This document shows, piece by piece, positions 12,701 to 25,478 of a stretch of DNA of 64,000 nucleotides. The DNA lies in contig OZ024740.1 in NCBI GenBank assembly GCA_964016885.1, forward strand, positions 45,570,001 to 45,634,000. The letters are read 5' to 3'. The position numbers were made by a program, and so were the translations under genes. The stretch's first letter is position 1; every line of letters starts with the position of its first letter. This stretch comes from Eledone cirrhosa (lineage: Eukaryota). The notes below the pieces were generated by a model. The model searched no databases and was not told the origin of the DNA. It was given only the letters and a program-made list of their open reading frames with translations.

Positions 12701-14187
12701 CACTGTATGTTGAACAACAACAACAAACACTGCATGTTGAACAACAACAGCAAACACTGCATGTTGAACAACAACAACAAACACTGCATGTTGAACAACA
12801 ACAACAAACACTGCATGTTGAACAACAACAACAAACACTGTATGTTGAACAACAACAACAAACACTGTATGTTGAACAACAACAACAAACACTGTATGTT
12901 AAACAACAACAACAAACACTGTATGTTGAACAACAACAAACACTGTATGTTGAACAACAACAACAAACACTGTATGTTGAACAACAACAACAAACACTGT
13001 ATGTTGAACAACAACAACAAACACTGTATGTTGAACAACAACAACAAACACTGTATGTTGAACAACAACAACAAACACTGTATGTTGAACAACAACAACA
13101 AACACTGTATGTTGAACAACAACAACAACAAACACTGTATGTTGAACAACAACAACAAACACTGTATGTTAAACAACAACAACAAACACTGTATGTTGAA
13201 CAACAACAACAAACACTGCATGTTGAACAACAACAACAAACACTGCATGTTGAACAACAACAACAAACACTGCATGTTGAACAACAACAACAAACACTGC
13301 ATGTTGAACAACAACAACAAACACTGCATGTTGAACAACAACAACAAACACTGCATGTTGAACAACAACAACAAACACTGCATGTTGAACAACAACAACA
13401 AACACTGTATGTTAAACAACAACAACAAACACTGTATGTTGAACAACAACAACAAACACTGTATGTTAAACAACAACAACAAACACTGTATGTTGAACAA
13501 CAACAACAAACACTGTATGTTGAACAACAACAACAAACACTGTATGTTAAACAACAACAACAAACACTGTATGTTGAACAACAACAACAAACACTGTATG
13601 TTGAACAACAACAACAAACACTGTATGTTGAACAACAACAACAAACACTGTATGTTGAACAACAACAACAAACACTGTATGTTAAACAACAACAACAAAC
13701 ACTGTATGTTAAACAACAACAACAAACACTGTATGTTGAACAACAACAACAAACACTGTATGTTAAACAACAACAACAAACACTGTATGTTGAACAACAA
13801 CAACAAACACTGTATGTTAAACAACAACAACAAACACTGTATGTTGAAGAACAACAACAAACACTGTATGTTAAACAACAACAACAACAAACACTGTATG
13901 TTGAACAACAACAAACACTGTATGTTGAACAACAACAACAAACACTGTATGTTGAACAACAACAACAAACACTGTATGTTGAACAACAACAAACACTGTA
14001 TGTTGAACAACAACAAACACTGTATGTTAAACAACAACAACAAACACTGTATGTTGAACAACAACAACAAACACTGTATCTTGAACAACAACAACAAACA
14101 CTGTATGTTGAACAACAACAACAAACACTGTATGTTGAACAACAACAACAAACACAGTATGTTGAACAACAACAACAACTCCAAACA
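9784..14187. repeat. 4.4-kb minisatellite, 24-bp unit (aacaacaacaacaaacactgtatgttg/a type), in TBC1D31 intron 7
   Basis: Tandem array seen directly. It is the source of the long QQQQTLYVE / NNNNKHCML / CCCCSTYSV ORFs. Confidence 0.97.
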
Positions 14188-14239
14188 TAGAAACAGATAT
14201 AAATGTAAATCATAGAGAATGGTGCCTAAATAGTTTTAC

Positions 14240-14440
14240 CTTATTTAGTTCTGATGTTAGAGCTGGAAGACTGTAAATATTCATATTGCAAGAATCCATT
14301 AAACCAATCAAATGTTTGCCCATAAGACTACTTGAAATACTGTGTATTCTTTGTTCTATGGTGCCAATATCAAAGAGGAGTTTACATGAGTGAATATCCA
14401 TGAACCTTGCAATACCATCTTGGCACAAGGCACCTAGGAT
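14240..14440 (-). CDS. TBC1D31: TBC1D31 coding exon 7 (ILGALCQDGIARFMDI...LTSELNK)
   Basis: cag|ATC...AAG|gtaaa, 201 nt. Matches the recalled VLGVLSQDGIMRFINMQTCKLLFEIG. Confidence 0.92.
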
Positions 14441-16145
14441 CTGAAAGAAACAAAACATTCATAAATTATTGTTGGTGAAGAACTGGAAAAAATAGAGAGG
14501 TAAGTTATTTTTTGTGGCAATGTAGGGATTCTCTCTCTGTGTAGAGGGTAGATTATATGCTGCCTGTGTATAATGTACAATGTCATGTTGCATGGCTGTG
14601 AGACATGGGTATAGAATACAGAGGATGTGCAATGACTGGAAATAAATAAATTGAGCATGCTTTGTTTGAAATGCAATGTTAGTATGCTTGAATTATGTAG
14701 CACAGGTGAATTGCGAGAAAAACCGGGTATAAGAGAAACCAGATGTAACGTGCAGAAGAGAAGATTGTGCTGGTATGGACATGTAATGCATTCATGTTGG
14801 TGAGTGATTGATGGTGAAGTGCCAAGGCTTCTAAGTGAAAGGAAGCTGCAGAAGAAGAAGACTGAGTCAAAGGAGGAAGATGAATGACTGCGACCTTTAC
14901 AAAGACCCCATAACTGGTGGGAAGAAAGAGGTACCTACAGGCCAGGTGGTGATATTATACTGAGCATGGAAATGAATGAACTTCCACCAGTTTCAACGAT
15001 GAGTGTTCTAGTTGTTCAATCAAGGTAACAGCCTGCTTGTAAAATTAATATGTAAGTGGCTGAGCATTTCACAGATATGTGTACATTTAACATAATACTC
15101 AGAGAGATTTAGTATGACACAGTGTGTGATGAGGCTGACCCTTTGAATTACAGGGACAATTCTTCCAACAGGCTTCTACACAGTTTCTACCTACTAAATT
15201 TAATCCACAAGGCTTAGGTTGATCCAAAGCTATATTAAAAGACACTTGCTCAGTGGAATGAACCTTGACACCTCATGATTGCAAAGCAAACTTCTTAACC
15301 AGAGATCTGCTTAGCCACTGCTGACCTGGTGTTCACCATCATCATCATCACCATATGTCCGTCTTCCCTGCTAGCAAGTGTTGGACAGGTCATCCCAGAC
15401 TAAGACAGTATTCAATTGGAGCATCCAACCTCTCAGACGGGTTGGGGCCAGCAGCTCACTTACATATATTCCTGTACTGTACTGGGTGAATGTTATCATG
15501 ACACCAGCAGTAGGGAGGCTGTCATGTCTTTGAGACAACTGAAGAGTCCTCTTGAGCTTTAGATCGACAAGTTTTCTATGGCTGGATGCTTTTCCTATCA
15601 CCAACCACTTTACAGAGTATATGTGCATTTTATCATGTCATCAACACTAAAGAGGTTGTCATGTTGTTGATACAACTGAAGTCCTCTCAACCCTCCTCAT
15701 TATTTTACATCCATTTTCCATGTTGGTATGGGCTGGACAGGCTGTCACAGACCTGAACTAGATGGGTCAGAGAATCACATCTTGCTCATATGTTCCATTT
15801 TTGGCATGGTTTTTACAGCTGGATGTCCTTTCTACATTCAATATAATAATTATTTCTAACATTGGCACCTGGCCAGCAAGTTGGGGGAAGGGGAAAGTGG
15901 ATTATATTGACCCCACTACATAACTGGTACTTTATTTTATCAACCCTGGAAGGATGAAAAGCAAAGTTTACCTCAGTATGATTTGAACTCAGAATGTAGG
16001 AAATCGTAACTAAATCACAAAGTATTTTGTCCAATGCTCTACTGGTACTGTCAATCCACCACCAACATAACAACAAAAACAAGAATAGCAACAGCAACAA
16101 CAACAATATGGCTTTAAATGTTAGGAATAATTTGTTATTACCAAC

Positions 16146-16305
16146 CTTATTTGATCCCTTATCAAAACTATCCGAGAGAAAGATGAGCTGTTTCACCAGG
16201 GTAACCTTGCTAGGTAACTCTATCACTCGGAATAAGGTATGTGTATCTAAGGCAAACAGGTTTATAAATCTTGAGTGACCTGCAGCTGCCAATGTACGAC
16301 TGCTC
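16146..16305 (-). CDS. TBC1D31: TBC1D31 coding exon 6 (SSRTLAAAGHSRFINLF...SDSFDKGSNK)
   Basis: cag|G...AAG|gttgg, 160 nt, phase consistent with neighbouring exons. Matches the recalled FLPDSFDAGSNQ. Confidence 0.92.
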
Positions 16306-16461
16306 CTGGTAAAAATATTTATAGAAATTGTGAAAAATCATATTTAACCCTTTCATGATAGTATTTCTAATTAAATGCTTTGTATTTCAAGTAATTAATG
16401 AAGAATTTGGGAAGAATTAACTAAAATTATAATTTTATTAAAATCATATTTGTAACATATG

Positions 16462-16805
16462 AAAGCACATGGCTTAGTGGTTAGAGTGTTGGGTATGCAA
16501 TCATGAAGTTATGCGTTTGATTCCCAGAACCAGGTGAAGCATTGTGCGCTTGAGCAAGACACTTTATTTCACATGGCTCCAGTTTACTCAACTGTAGAAA
16601 TGAGTTGCGATGTCACTGGTGCCAAGCAGTGTCAGCCTTTGCCTTTCCCTTGGACAACATTAGTGGTGTAGAGAGGGGAGGCTGGTATGCATGGGCAACT
16701 GGTGGTCTTCCACAAACAACTTTGCCTGGACTTGTGCCTTGGAGTGGAACATTCTAGGTGCAAATCCAATGGTCATTCTTGACCGAAAGCAGTCTTTACC
16801 CTTAT
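16462..16805 (+). mobile_element. tRNA-derived SINE (same head and core as 19985, different tail)
   Basis: A-box TGGCTTAGTGG, degenerate B-box, core cttgagcaagacactttatttcaca. Confidence 0.7.
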
Positions 16806-17192
16806 CCTTCATTTGTAACATAACTAAATGTTCTTATACAAAATTATGTTGGCAAGTTTTAATTTAAATAGAAACAGAGGCAGTTATAGACACGTTGGTA
16901 TCAAAATTGTTAAATAAAATGAACATTTTAATGATTTGTTATTTTTTTATGCAAAGGAGTGTGGCCTAGTGATTTGTAAGGTCTTGGATTTGTTTTCTAA
17001 ACCAGGTTGTGTGTAGTGTCATTGAGCAAGATACTTCATTTCACGTAGCTCCAGTCCACTCAAAAGTAGCTAGGTGTTAAACCTGACCAACCCACCACAA
17101 TTGACCAGTATAAACGGGTGGGTAGGTAGGCCAAAAAAATCAGTATAGTTGCTGAGGTTTGCCACTACAGGTGACTGAAGTGCTGATGGGTA

Positions 17193-17243
<51 letters not shown>

Positions 17244-17888
17244 CAGGATTAAATCAGTATTAAACTAGTTAGACCATTATTCAACAGAGTACTTGATATA
17301 TGGGATAGAAGAACTAGCTGTTGAAACAGCAAGAGCTCAGCTGTTGGGCCCAAACTCTTTCTAATATATATCTATATATCAAGGAAAATGATGAAGTTTC
17401 GTTTACATGTAGTTAGTTTTTTATTGTGTATCAACCTGTTATGTGCATTTCACAGGGGATTGGGTCAAGGTCACTCATACAAGTTATGGATCTGACTCCA
17501 TTATTGATATGCTCATCAAACTGGTGATTCGACGAAAAATTGAATTATAAATGGAGTTAGCCATTTAAGTCATATATATCAAGATATGGATAAGCTCAAT
17601 GTATTATAATTATCTGCAATCATGCACTAATTGATACATTATATATATGTGTGTGTGTATATATATATATATAGTCATCACCATTTTACATTTATTTTCT
17701 ATCCTTAAAACAGCGATGCTACTGCTGCTGATTATGATGGTGGTGGTGATGGTGATGCTGATGCTGCTAGTGATGATGATAATAATGATGATAAGGATGA
17801 TGGTGATGATAATGCTAATAATGATGGTGATGAAGCTGATGGTGATGTTGATGATTTGTTTTTGTAAAAAATACCAAAAGTTTCTTAC

Positions 17889-18037
17889 CTTGTGGAAGCA
17901 AGGGTTTTGTATTTAGTTTTCTTTCCTGGTGGAATTGGTAGTTCAAATTTACAGGTGAGTGTTTCAAGATCCCAGCCAAATATTGAATCATCTTTGAAAC
18001 ATGTAATAATAATATTACTGAGAGGTAGGAAAAACAC
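17889..18037 (-). CDS. TBC1D31: TBC1D31 coding exon 5 (VFFLPLSNIIITCFKDDSIFGWDLETL...KTLAST)
   Basis: cag|GTG...AG|gtaag, 149 nt. Matches the recalled VFFLPLSNTILSCFKDNSIFAW. Confidence 0.92.
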
Positions 18038-18690
18038 CTGAAACAGGTAATAATGATATTACTGAGAGGTAAGAACACATGAGACAGGTAATAATAATAT
18101 TACTGAGAGGTAGGAAAAACACCTGAAACAGGTAATAATGATATTACTGAGAGGTAAGAACACATGAGACAGGTAATAATAATATTACTGAGAGGTAGGA
18201 AAAACACCTGAAACAGGTAATAATGGAAGTATTAATGAGAAGTAAGAAGAACACCTGAGACAGGTGTTACTGAGAGAGACAGGTAATAATGATATTACTG
18301 AGAAGTAAGAAGAACACTTGAGACAGGTAATTATGATATTACTGAGAGGTAAGAAGAACACGAGACAGGTAATAATTGTTTCTATTTTAGGCACAAGGCC
18401 AGCAGGTAATAATGGAGGTATTAATGAGAGGTAGGATGAACACCGGAGACAAGTAATAATGGAGATATTAATGAGGTAGATAGAACACCTGAGACAGGTA
18501 ATAATAGAGGTATTAATGAGAGGTAAGAATACCTGAAGCAGGTAATAATAGAGGTATTAATGAGAGGTAAGAAGAATACCTGAAGCAGGTAATAATGGAG
18601 GTATTAATGAGAGGTAAGAAGAATACCTGAAGCAGGTAATAATGGAGGTATTAATGAGAAGTAAGTAGAACACCTGAAATATTAATCAGT
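18000..18690 (-). repeat. 41-45-bp minisatellite made of the TBC1D31 exon 5 start plus acceptor AG
   Basis: Minus-strand unit cagGTGTTTTTCCTACCTCTCAGTAATATYATTATTACCTGTTT. 85-bp dimers lie near the exon and more diverged copies lie distally. Confidence 0.93.
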
Positions 18691-18803
18691 GTTAAATTGA
18701 AAGTGACTGAATAAAACATATATGGGAATGAAGTACAATTTAGAATATGATTTGCATACAAATTAATATATAAATATAATTAATAGTTTCATCTATAAAC
18801 ATG

Positions 18804-18833
<30 letters not shown>

Positions 18834-18836
<3 letters not shown>

Positions 18837-19024
18837 TGTTTCTACTTTTGGCACAAGGCCAGCAATTATCCCAGTGTATTACTGGTACTTTATTTTATCG
18901 ACCCCGTAAGGATGAAAGGCAAAGTTAACCTCGGCGGGATTTGAACTCAGACCATAAAGGGCCGTAACTCTTTGCTGCAAAGCATGGCGTCCGACCCTCT
19001 ACCGATACTGCCAATCCACCGCCC
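18834..19024 (-). mobile_element. tRNA-derived SINE family B. Other copies at about 15855-16065, 20910-21465 (three), 27492-27640, 34289-34468, 43220-43420, 45685-45830, 50030-50437, 53547-53730, 63281-63437
   Basis: Minus strand GGGCGGTGGATTGGCAGTATCGG (A box)...GAGTTCAAATCC (B box)...tgtgccaaaagtagaaacaattattatt tail. Many dispersed copies in this window. Confidence 0.85.
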
Positions 19025-19169
19025 TTATAATAATGATAAGAATAATAATGAAATTATTGTGTACAGTGCTCATGTGCACTACAACTAATTATTTTCATGT
19101 GTAGATACACATTTATTTCCACACACACACACATAATTATGTAATGATTTTCATATTTAAATACAGATC

Positions 19170-19413
19170 GTGTAGGTGTCACGACAAAAAAACACACAGT
19201 CCACACTGTAATGTGGCTGTGTAGGTAACACGGTAAACAGTTCCCAGTCCACACTGTAAATGTGGTTGGCGTTAGGAAGGGCATCCAGCCGTAGAAAACC
19301 TGCCAGATAGTCCTATATGAGCGAGACACGGTCACCCGACCAACCTTGCCTCAAGTGGGAGAACTCCCGTCTAACCCATGCTAGCGTGGAAGATAGACGT
19401 TAAACGATGATGA
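19170..19413 (+). mobile_element. RTE LINE 3'-end fragment
   Basis: Similar to 6740-6970, with cccgtctaacccatgctagcgtggaa and a (GAT)n tail. Confidence 0.75.
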
Positions 19414-19954
19414 TACAGTAACAGTGACAGCAACTGCCATGGCATCAATGCCAACTACAGGTATTACCAGTAGTAACTACGACAGCACCAGCAAGAACAT
19501 CACTGGGAAGGGCTCTGATATTATATTTGTGGGTAGGTGATAGTTATTGTCATTGACACTGATGGACGTTGTCATTACCATTGCTGTCATTATTCTCAAG
19601 ATTATTGTTAATGTTATTATTGTCATCTTTATATACATAGGTATAAATGATGATGTGTTCAAACGCATAGATGCTATAAGATAGCTTATAAAATAGAGAG
19701 AAGAGCCTTAAAAGATGGAAAAAGAAGTTGCCATCTTCTTTTAAGGGTTTTCACCCTATTACAACTATTTCATCTGACGAATGGGCTGGACATTTCTATA
19801 AGGATCGTCAAGTTTCTTGAAACCTTTGCTAATAGAATAATTATATTGTGTTGTTTATTATGTAATTAAATAGCTCTGTACTATACATGGAGTACTCTTC
19901 TTTCTTTTACCTTTTCTACGGAAATACTTAACATTTAACATACACACACCACAC

Positions 19955-19984
<30 letters not shown>

Positions 19985-19985
<1 letters not shown>

Positions 19986-20308
19986 GAGGCACATGGCTTA
20001 CTGGTTAGAGCATTGGCCTTGCAATCGAAAGGTTGTGAGTTCAATTCTCAGACCGGGTGATGTGTTGTTTCCTTGAGCAAGACACTTTATTTCACATTGC
20101 TCCAGTTTACTCAGCTGTAGAAATGAGATGATAGGGACTGAGGTCCCACTGTAAAGTGGTCGGGGAGGTGCCACGAAAAAAAAGCACCCAGCACTCACTG
20201 TAAATGAGGTTGGTATTAGGAAGGGCATCCAGCTGTAGAAATCAAGCCAGAATCAGTTCCCGTCCCACCCTTGCAAGCAGGGAAAAGCGGACGTAAAATG
20301 ATGATGAT
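19985..20308 (+). mobile_element. tRNA-derived SINE family A with RTE-derived 3' tail. Other copies at 23568-23898 (-), 26405-26667 (-), tail only at 5957-6011 (-)
   Basis: A box TGGCTTACTGG and B box GAGTTCAATTC. The 3' part matches the LINE 3' UTR at 6780-6860 and ends in (GAT)n. Confidence 0.88.
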
Positions 20309-21962
20309 ATATATATACACACATATCTTAGCGCTTAAAAGTCCGAAAATTCGGCTTACATACATTGATTATCATCTTTATTTGACTGATGCAAATAACA
20401 CCTGTTATTGTCGTCATCATCATCATCATATAACATCTGGATTGTTATTGCACGATAAAATGTACCTAGTACACCCATAAAGTAGTTGGTAATTGGAAGG
20501 GCACCCAGCTGTAGAAAAACTGCTGAATAAAGGGTTGAGAAAACTCTTCAGTTGTATCAAAGACGTGATGACCTCTCTAGTGCTGGTGCCACAATTTAAG
20601 CACCAGGTACACTCTGTATAGTGCAGGAACATATGGAAGTGAGGTGCAGTCCCTGGCTAATTTAAGAGAGCATTGGCTCTGATTAAATACTGACATAGTA
20701 CGTGATGACCTGTCCAATCCTTGCTAGCAGGGAAAACATATGTTAAATGACGATAATGATGATGACTGCTATAATTATTGCTGTTGCTGTGGATGCTGCC
20801 ATTGTTGGTATTGGTATCATGATACTGGTCATGTGTCATGATAATAGATCCATACCAGCATAGAAAAACTGACCATCATTATTATTATTGTTATCAGTAA
20901 TATTGAATTGATAGAATTGTTAGAGTGTTGGACAAAATACTATTATTTAGCAAAATACTAGTATTTAGCTATGGCTCTTTACAGTCTGAGTTCAAATCCT
21001 GCCATGATTAATTTTGCCTTTCGTCCTTCCGGGGTCGATAATAAAATACCCGTAATGTACTGGGGTCAATTTAATTGACTTATTTTCCCCCCACCCAAAT
21101 TACTGGCCTTGTGCCTAAATTAAAAACAATTATCATTTTTTAAAGTTTTGAGTTCAAATCCTGCCAAGGTTAGCTTTGCCTTTCATCCTTAAAGAGTCGA
21201 TAAAATAAAGTACCAGTAACACACTGGGATTGATTTAATTGACTTTCTCCCCTCCCCAAATTATTAGCCTTGTACCTAAATCAGAAACCATAATTATCAT
21301 CATAGGGTGGTTGGTTGATAGCATCAGTAGAGCATCAGACAACATTTTTTTGTGGCATATAGTTATGGCTCTTTAAGTTCTGAGTTCAAATTCCATTCAA
21401 GTTAACATTACCTTTTATTCTTACAGGGTCGATAAAATAAAGTACCAGTAATGCACTGGGGTCGATTAAACACTAGCATTTACATTATATATACTATTGT
21501 ATATAGGCTTTATTTCACATATCGAATCTATGAGATTTTGATATTATTTATTTTGAGAACAATACCTTAACATCAGTATGAGCAGCTGATTACAGCCAGT
21601 TTGAACAGAAAGAGGTGAGAGAATTTTGGCCAGATATAGCCGGTTTAAATGCTAAAGGGTTAAACCCCCCCTCCCCCCCCCCAAAAAAATTGTTGGTCTT
21701 GTGCCGAAACCAGAAACCATCATTATTATCAGTAATATTGTTATTATTTTTATTAATAAGCAATATTGTTGTTCCCTTCACAATGGGAAATGAATATTAC
21801 CATTATTTTTATGTCCATTTTTCTATGCTGGGTTTGGATGATTTGTTACAAAGTTTTACAGCAGGATGCTATTCCTGATGCCAACACTTTAACACTTTTA
21901 GTCACTTTAAAAAGAAAAAATATATATTTTAAAAAAACTGTACAAAACACACCATAACATAC

Positions 21963-22141
21963 CTCAGTAATGTTGATACTTTCACTAATATTTAACTTTT
22001 TTAGTTGCTGAAATTTCTCCAGGTTCCAAAGAAGAGCATCATCCACTGATACAGTGATAGCAAATTTACCACTAGCATGTACTGAGATGTTATTGATTGC
22101 TGTTTGATGGCCTCTCATTTCAGCAACTAATTCTTTGGTTT
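21963..22141 (-). CDS. TBC1D31: TBC1D31 coding exon 4 (TKELVAEMRGHQTAINNISVHASGKFAIT...SINITE), WD40 repeat
   Basis: tag|AA...GAG|gtatg, 179 nt. Matches the recalled TKELVSWMRGHESSVFSISVHASGKYAIT. Confidence 0.93.
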
Positions 22142-22189
22142 CTAAATATTAATTGCAAAAGCACAATAAAATTATCAGTTTTCAAATTA

Positions 22190-22381
22190 CCGTATATACT
22201 CAAGTATAAGTTGACCCCACTATTATATGTCTGAGAAATGGGCAAAAAATCCAAACCTTATTTGTGTAGAATTTGAAGTTGGTGAAAATTGTCAAAATAT
22301 TGACCCCAAATATAAGCTGAACCCCTTCTACCATCAAATTTTTGGTCACATATTCCTTGGCTTATATTCAAGTATATACAG
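22190..22381. mobile_element. Tc1/mariner-type MITE
   Basis: TIRs ccgtatatactcaagtataag / cttatattcaagtatatacag, flanked by TA on both sides. Confidence 0.75.
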
Positions 22382-24041
22382 TACTAACCTCACCTTTATT
22401 TTAAAAAAATACACCCTGTACACTCTGTAAAGTGTTTGACATTAGGAAGGGCATTCAACTGTAGAAATCATATCAAATAAGGGTAAAAACGACTATTTAA
22501 CTATGTGAAGGACATGACAACTTTCCTAGCATTGATGCCACAATAAAATACACCTAGTACACTCTGTAAAGTGGTTGGCATTAGGAATAGGAAGGACATC
22601 CTATTGTACAAACCATGTCAAACAAAGGTAAAGAGCACTCTTTAGTCATGCCAAGGACATAGCAACCTTCCTAGTGTTGATGCTATAATAAAATACACCC
22701 AGTACACTCTGTAAAATGGTTGGTATTTGGAGGAACATCCTTTCCATATTGGCATTGGTTGGATGTTACAGACCAAGTCCTTACTTATCAGAGATACTAT
22801 ATTATTGGCTCAACATGTTTCATTTTGACATGTTTTCCACAGCTGGATGTTTTTTGTAATGTTAACCACTTTACAGAGTGTACTGGGTGTATTTTATCAT
22901 GATATCAGCACTAGTAAGGTTATCATATCCTTAACATGACTGAAGAGTCCTGTCTATACCTTGTGGCATGGTTTCTATAGTTGGATACCCTTCCTAGTAC
23001 CTTCCCTCAAGGTTTTAAAATGTCCTTTACAACAGAAAAAACAAAAGCAATTTAATTACACATAGACCTTAGTATTGTACCGATTATCTGACAACAACAC
23101 AAAAGAGGTTGTAATATTCTTGACATAACTGAAAAGTCCTCTCTAACCTTTTTTTGGCCTGTGGCATGGTTTTTACAACTCGGTACCCTTCCTAACACTA
23201 ACCTCTTTAGAGTGTACTGGGTGTATTTTATATCACCAGGATTAGGAAAGTTGTCACTTGATGTACATGATGTACATGATGTACATATGTGACTTGATGT
23301 GACAGAATTCTTCTCTACACCTTTTTGGAATGGTTTCTACAACTGGATGCCTTTCCTAATGCCATCAAGATTTGAAAATATACTTTTTAATAGAAAAAAA
23401 AAGGGAAAGCACCTGGTTGTCAGATCAAACCATGGAAACAATGTTTCCATAGGTCTTTTTATTGCTGTTACTATCTGCCAGTCGCAGAAGAAACAACGTG
23501 AAATAAAATATAGAAAATAGTTTTTTTTTGTTTTGAGAGATCTACAACAATGCAAATAGAACATTATATCATCATCATTTCATTTTACGTCCGCTTTTCC
23601 CTGCTTGCAAGGGTGGGACGGGAACTGATTCTGGCTTGATTTCTACAGCTGGATGCCCTTCCTAACACCAACCTCATTTACAGTGACTGCTGGGTGCTTT
23701 TTTGCCGTGGCACCTACACGACCACTTTGCAGTGGAATGATAGGGACTGGGGTCCCTATCATCTCATTTCTACAGCTGAGTAAACTGGAGCAATGTGAAA
23801 TAAAGTGTCTTGCTCAAGGAAACAACACACCACCCAGTCTCAGAATTGAACTCACAACCTTTCGATTGCAAGGCCAATGCTCTAACCACTAAGCCATGTT
23901 ACAAATAATAACAAAGATTGATGTGTTCAAGAGGTGAGATGCTATAAAACATGGTGTTTGTTGACATTTAAAAGTTGTGATTCCACTATCTAATTTAAGA
24001 TGGTAAGATTTGTTATGGTCCCTTAGCATAATGGTTTAAAG

Positions 24042-24259
24042 CAGGCATGTCAAACTGAGGGTTCCTGAGGGCCACAGGGGTCACATATGTGTAGTCTGAG
24101 GGCCACACATGACAACTAATTGTGCGCACATTATAACTATTTATTTTAATTTTATATTAAAGATAAAACATGCTCACTCTGTAAAAATATTTGTGCGGGC
24201 CACAGATGAGCTTGTAAAGGGCCACATGTGGCCTGCGCACTGCATGTTTGACATGCTTG
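24042..24259. mobile_element. hAT (Charlie-like) MITE
   Basis: TIRs caggcatgtcaaac / gtttgacatgcttg. Perfect 8-bp TSD GTTTAAAG (24034-24041, 24260-24267). Confidence 0.9.
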
Positions 24260-24487
24260 GTTTAAAGTACCTAGCTGGTATCTGGGAGATATGGGATTCA
24301 ATTCCACGAGTGACCCTCGGAAGTGTCCGCCCTATTAGGGAATTTTCCTTTGTTTCAATTTTTTGTTACTTCCTTTGTTATTATTTTCATTTACACACAG
24401 AAATGCCCATTTGTATCGTCCTGTACTGTCCAGTGCTGTCCTTAATGTTATACCTTATGTCAACCCTTGTGGTTAATAAAGAAAGCA

Positions 24488-25478
24488 TTATTACCTATAT
24501 CATAACGGAGTAAGGTCATTGATTATTACCTATATCATAACAATGTAAAGATATTATTACCTATATCATAACAATGTAAAGATATTATTACCTATATCAT
24601 AACAATGTAAAGATATTATTACCTATATCATAACAGTGTAAATATATTATTACCTATATCATAACAGTGTAAATATATTATTACCTATATCATAACAGTG
24701 TAAATATATTATTACCTATATCATAACAGTGTAAAGATATTATTACCTATATCATAACAGTGTAAAGATATTATTACCTATATCACAACAGTGTAAAGAT
24801 ATTATTACCTATATCATAATAATGTAAAGATATTATTACCTATATCATAACAGTGTAAATATATTATTACCTATATCATAACAGTGTAAATATATTATTA
24901 CCTATATCATAACAGTGTAAAGATATTATTACCTATATCATAACAGTGTAAATATATTATTACCTATATCATAACAATGTAAAGATATTATTACCTATAT
25001 CATAACAGTGTAAAGATATTATTACCTATATCATAACAGTGTAAAGATATTACTACCTATATCATAACAGTGTAAAGATATTATTACCTATATCATAACA
25101 GTGTAAAGATATTATTACCTATATCATAACAGTGTAAAGATATTATTACCTATATCATAACAGTGTAAAGATATTATTACCTATATCATAACAGTGTAAA
25201 GATATTATTACCTATATCATAACAGTGTAAATATATTATTACCTATATCATAACAGTGTAAAGATATTATTACCTATATCATAACAGTGTAAAGATACTA
25301 TTACCTATATCATAACAGTGTAAATATATTATTACCTATATTATAACAGTGTAAAGATATTATTACCTATATCATAACAGTGTAAAGATATTATTACCTA
25401 TATCATAACAGTGTAAAGATATTATTACCTATATCATAACAGAGTAAAGATATTATTACCTATATCATAACAGTGTAA
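24488..25478 (-). repeat. 31-bp minisatellite (~31 copies) made of the TBC1D31 exon 3 end plus 5' splice site
   Basis: Minus-strand unit TTACACTGTTATGATATAG|GTAATAATATCT. The first copy is the real exon end (25460). Confidence 0.95.

Noticed and set aside
9693-14215. Long poly-Q/N/C/L ORFs of up to 751 aa
   Set aside because: They are translations of a 24-bp intronic minisatellite open in several frames, with no unique flanking coding sequence or splice context.
19772-19835. Hammerhead-like CTGACGA...GAAAC (similar weak motifs at 33771-33825 and 34003-34035)
   Set aside because: Stems I and III could not be paired convincingly by eye.
19985-20060. tRNA gene
   Set aside because: A and B boxes are present, but the sequence continues into a SINE body and tail found in multiple copies; I could not form a full cloverleaf.
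24488-25478. CRISPR-like regular ~31-bp repeats (also 58811-59272)
   Set aside because: Head-to-tail units with no unique spacers, no cas genes and a eukaryotic intron context.
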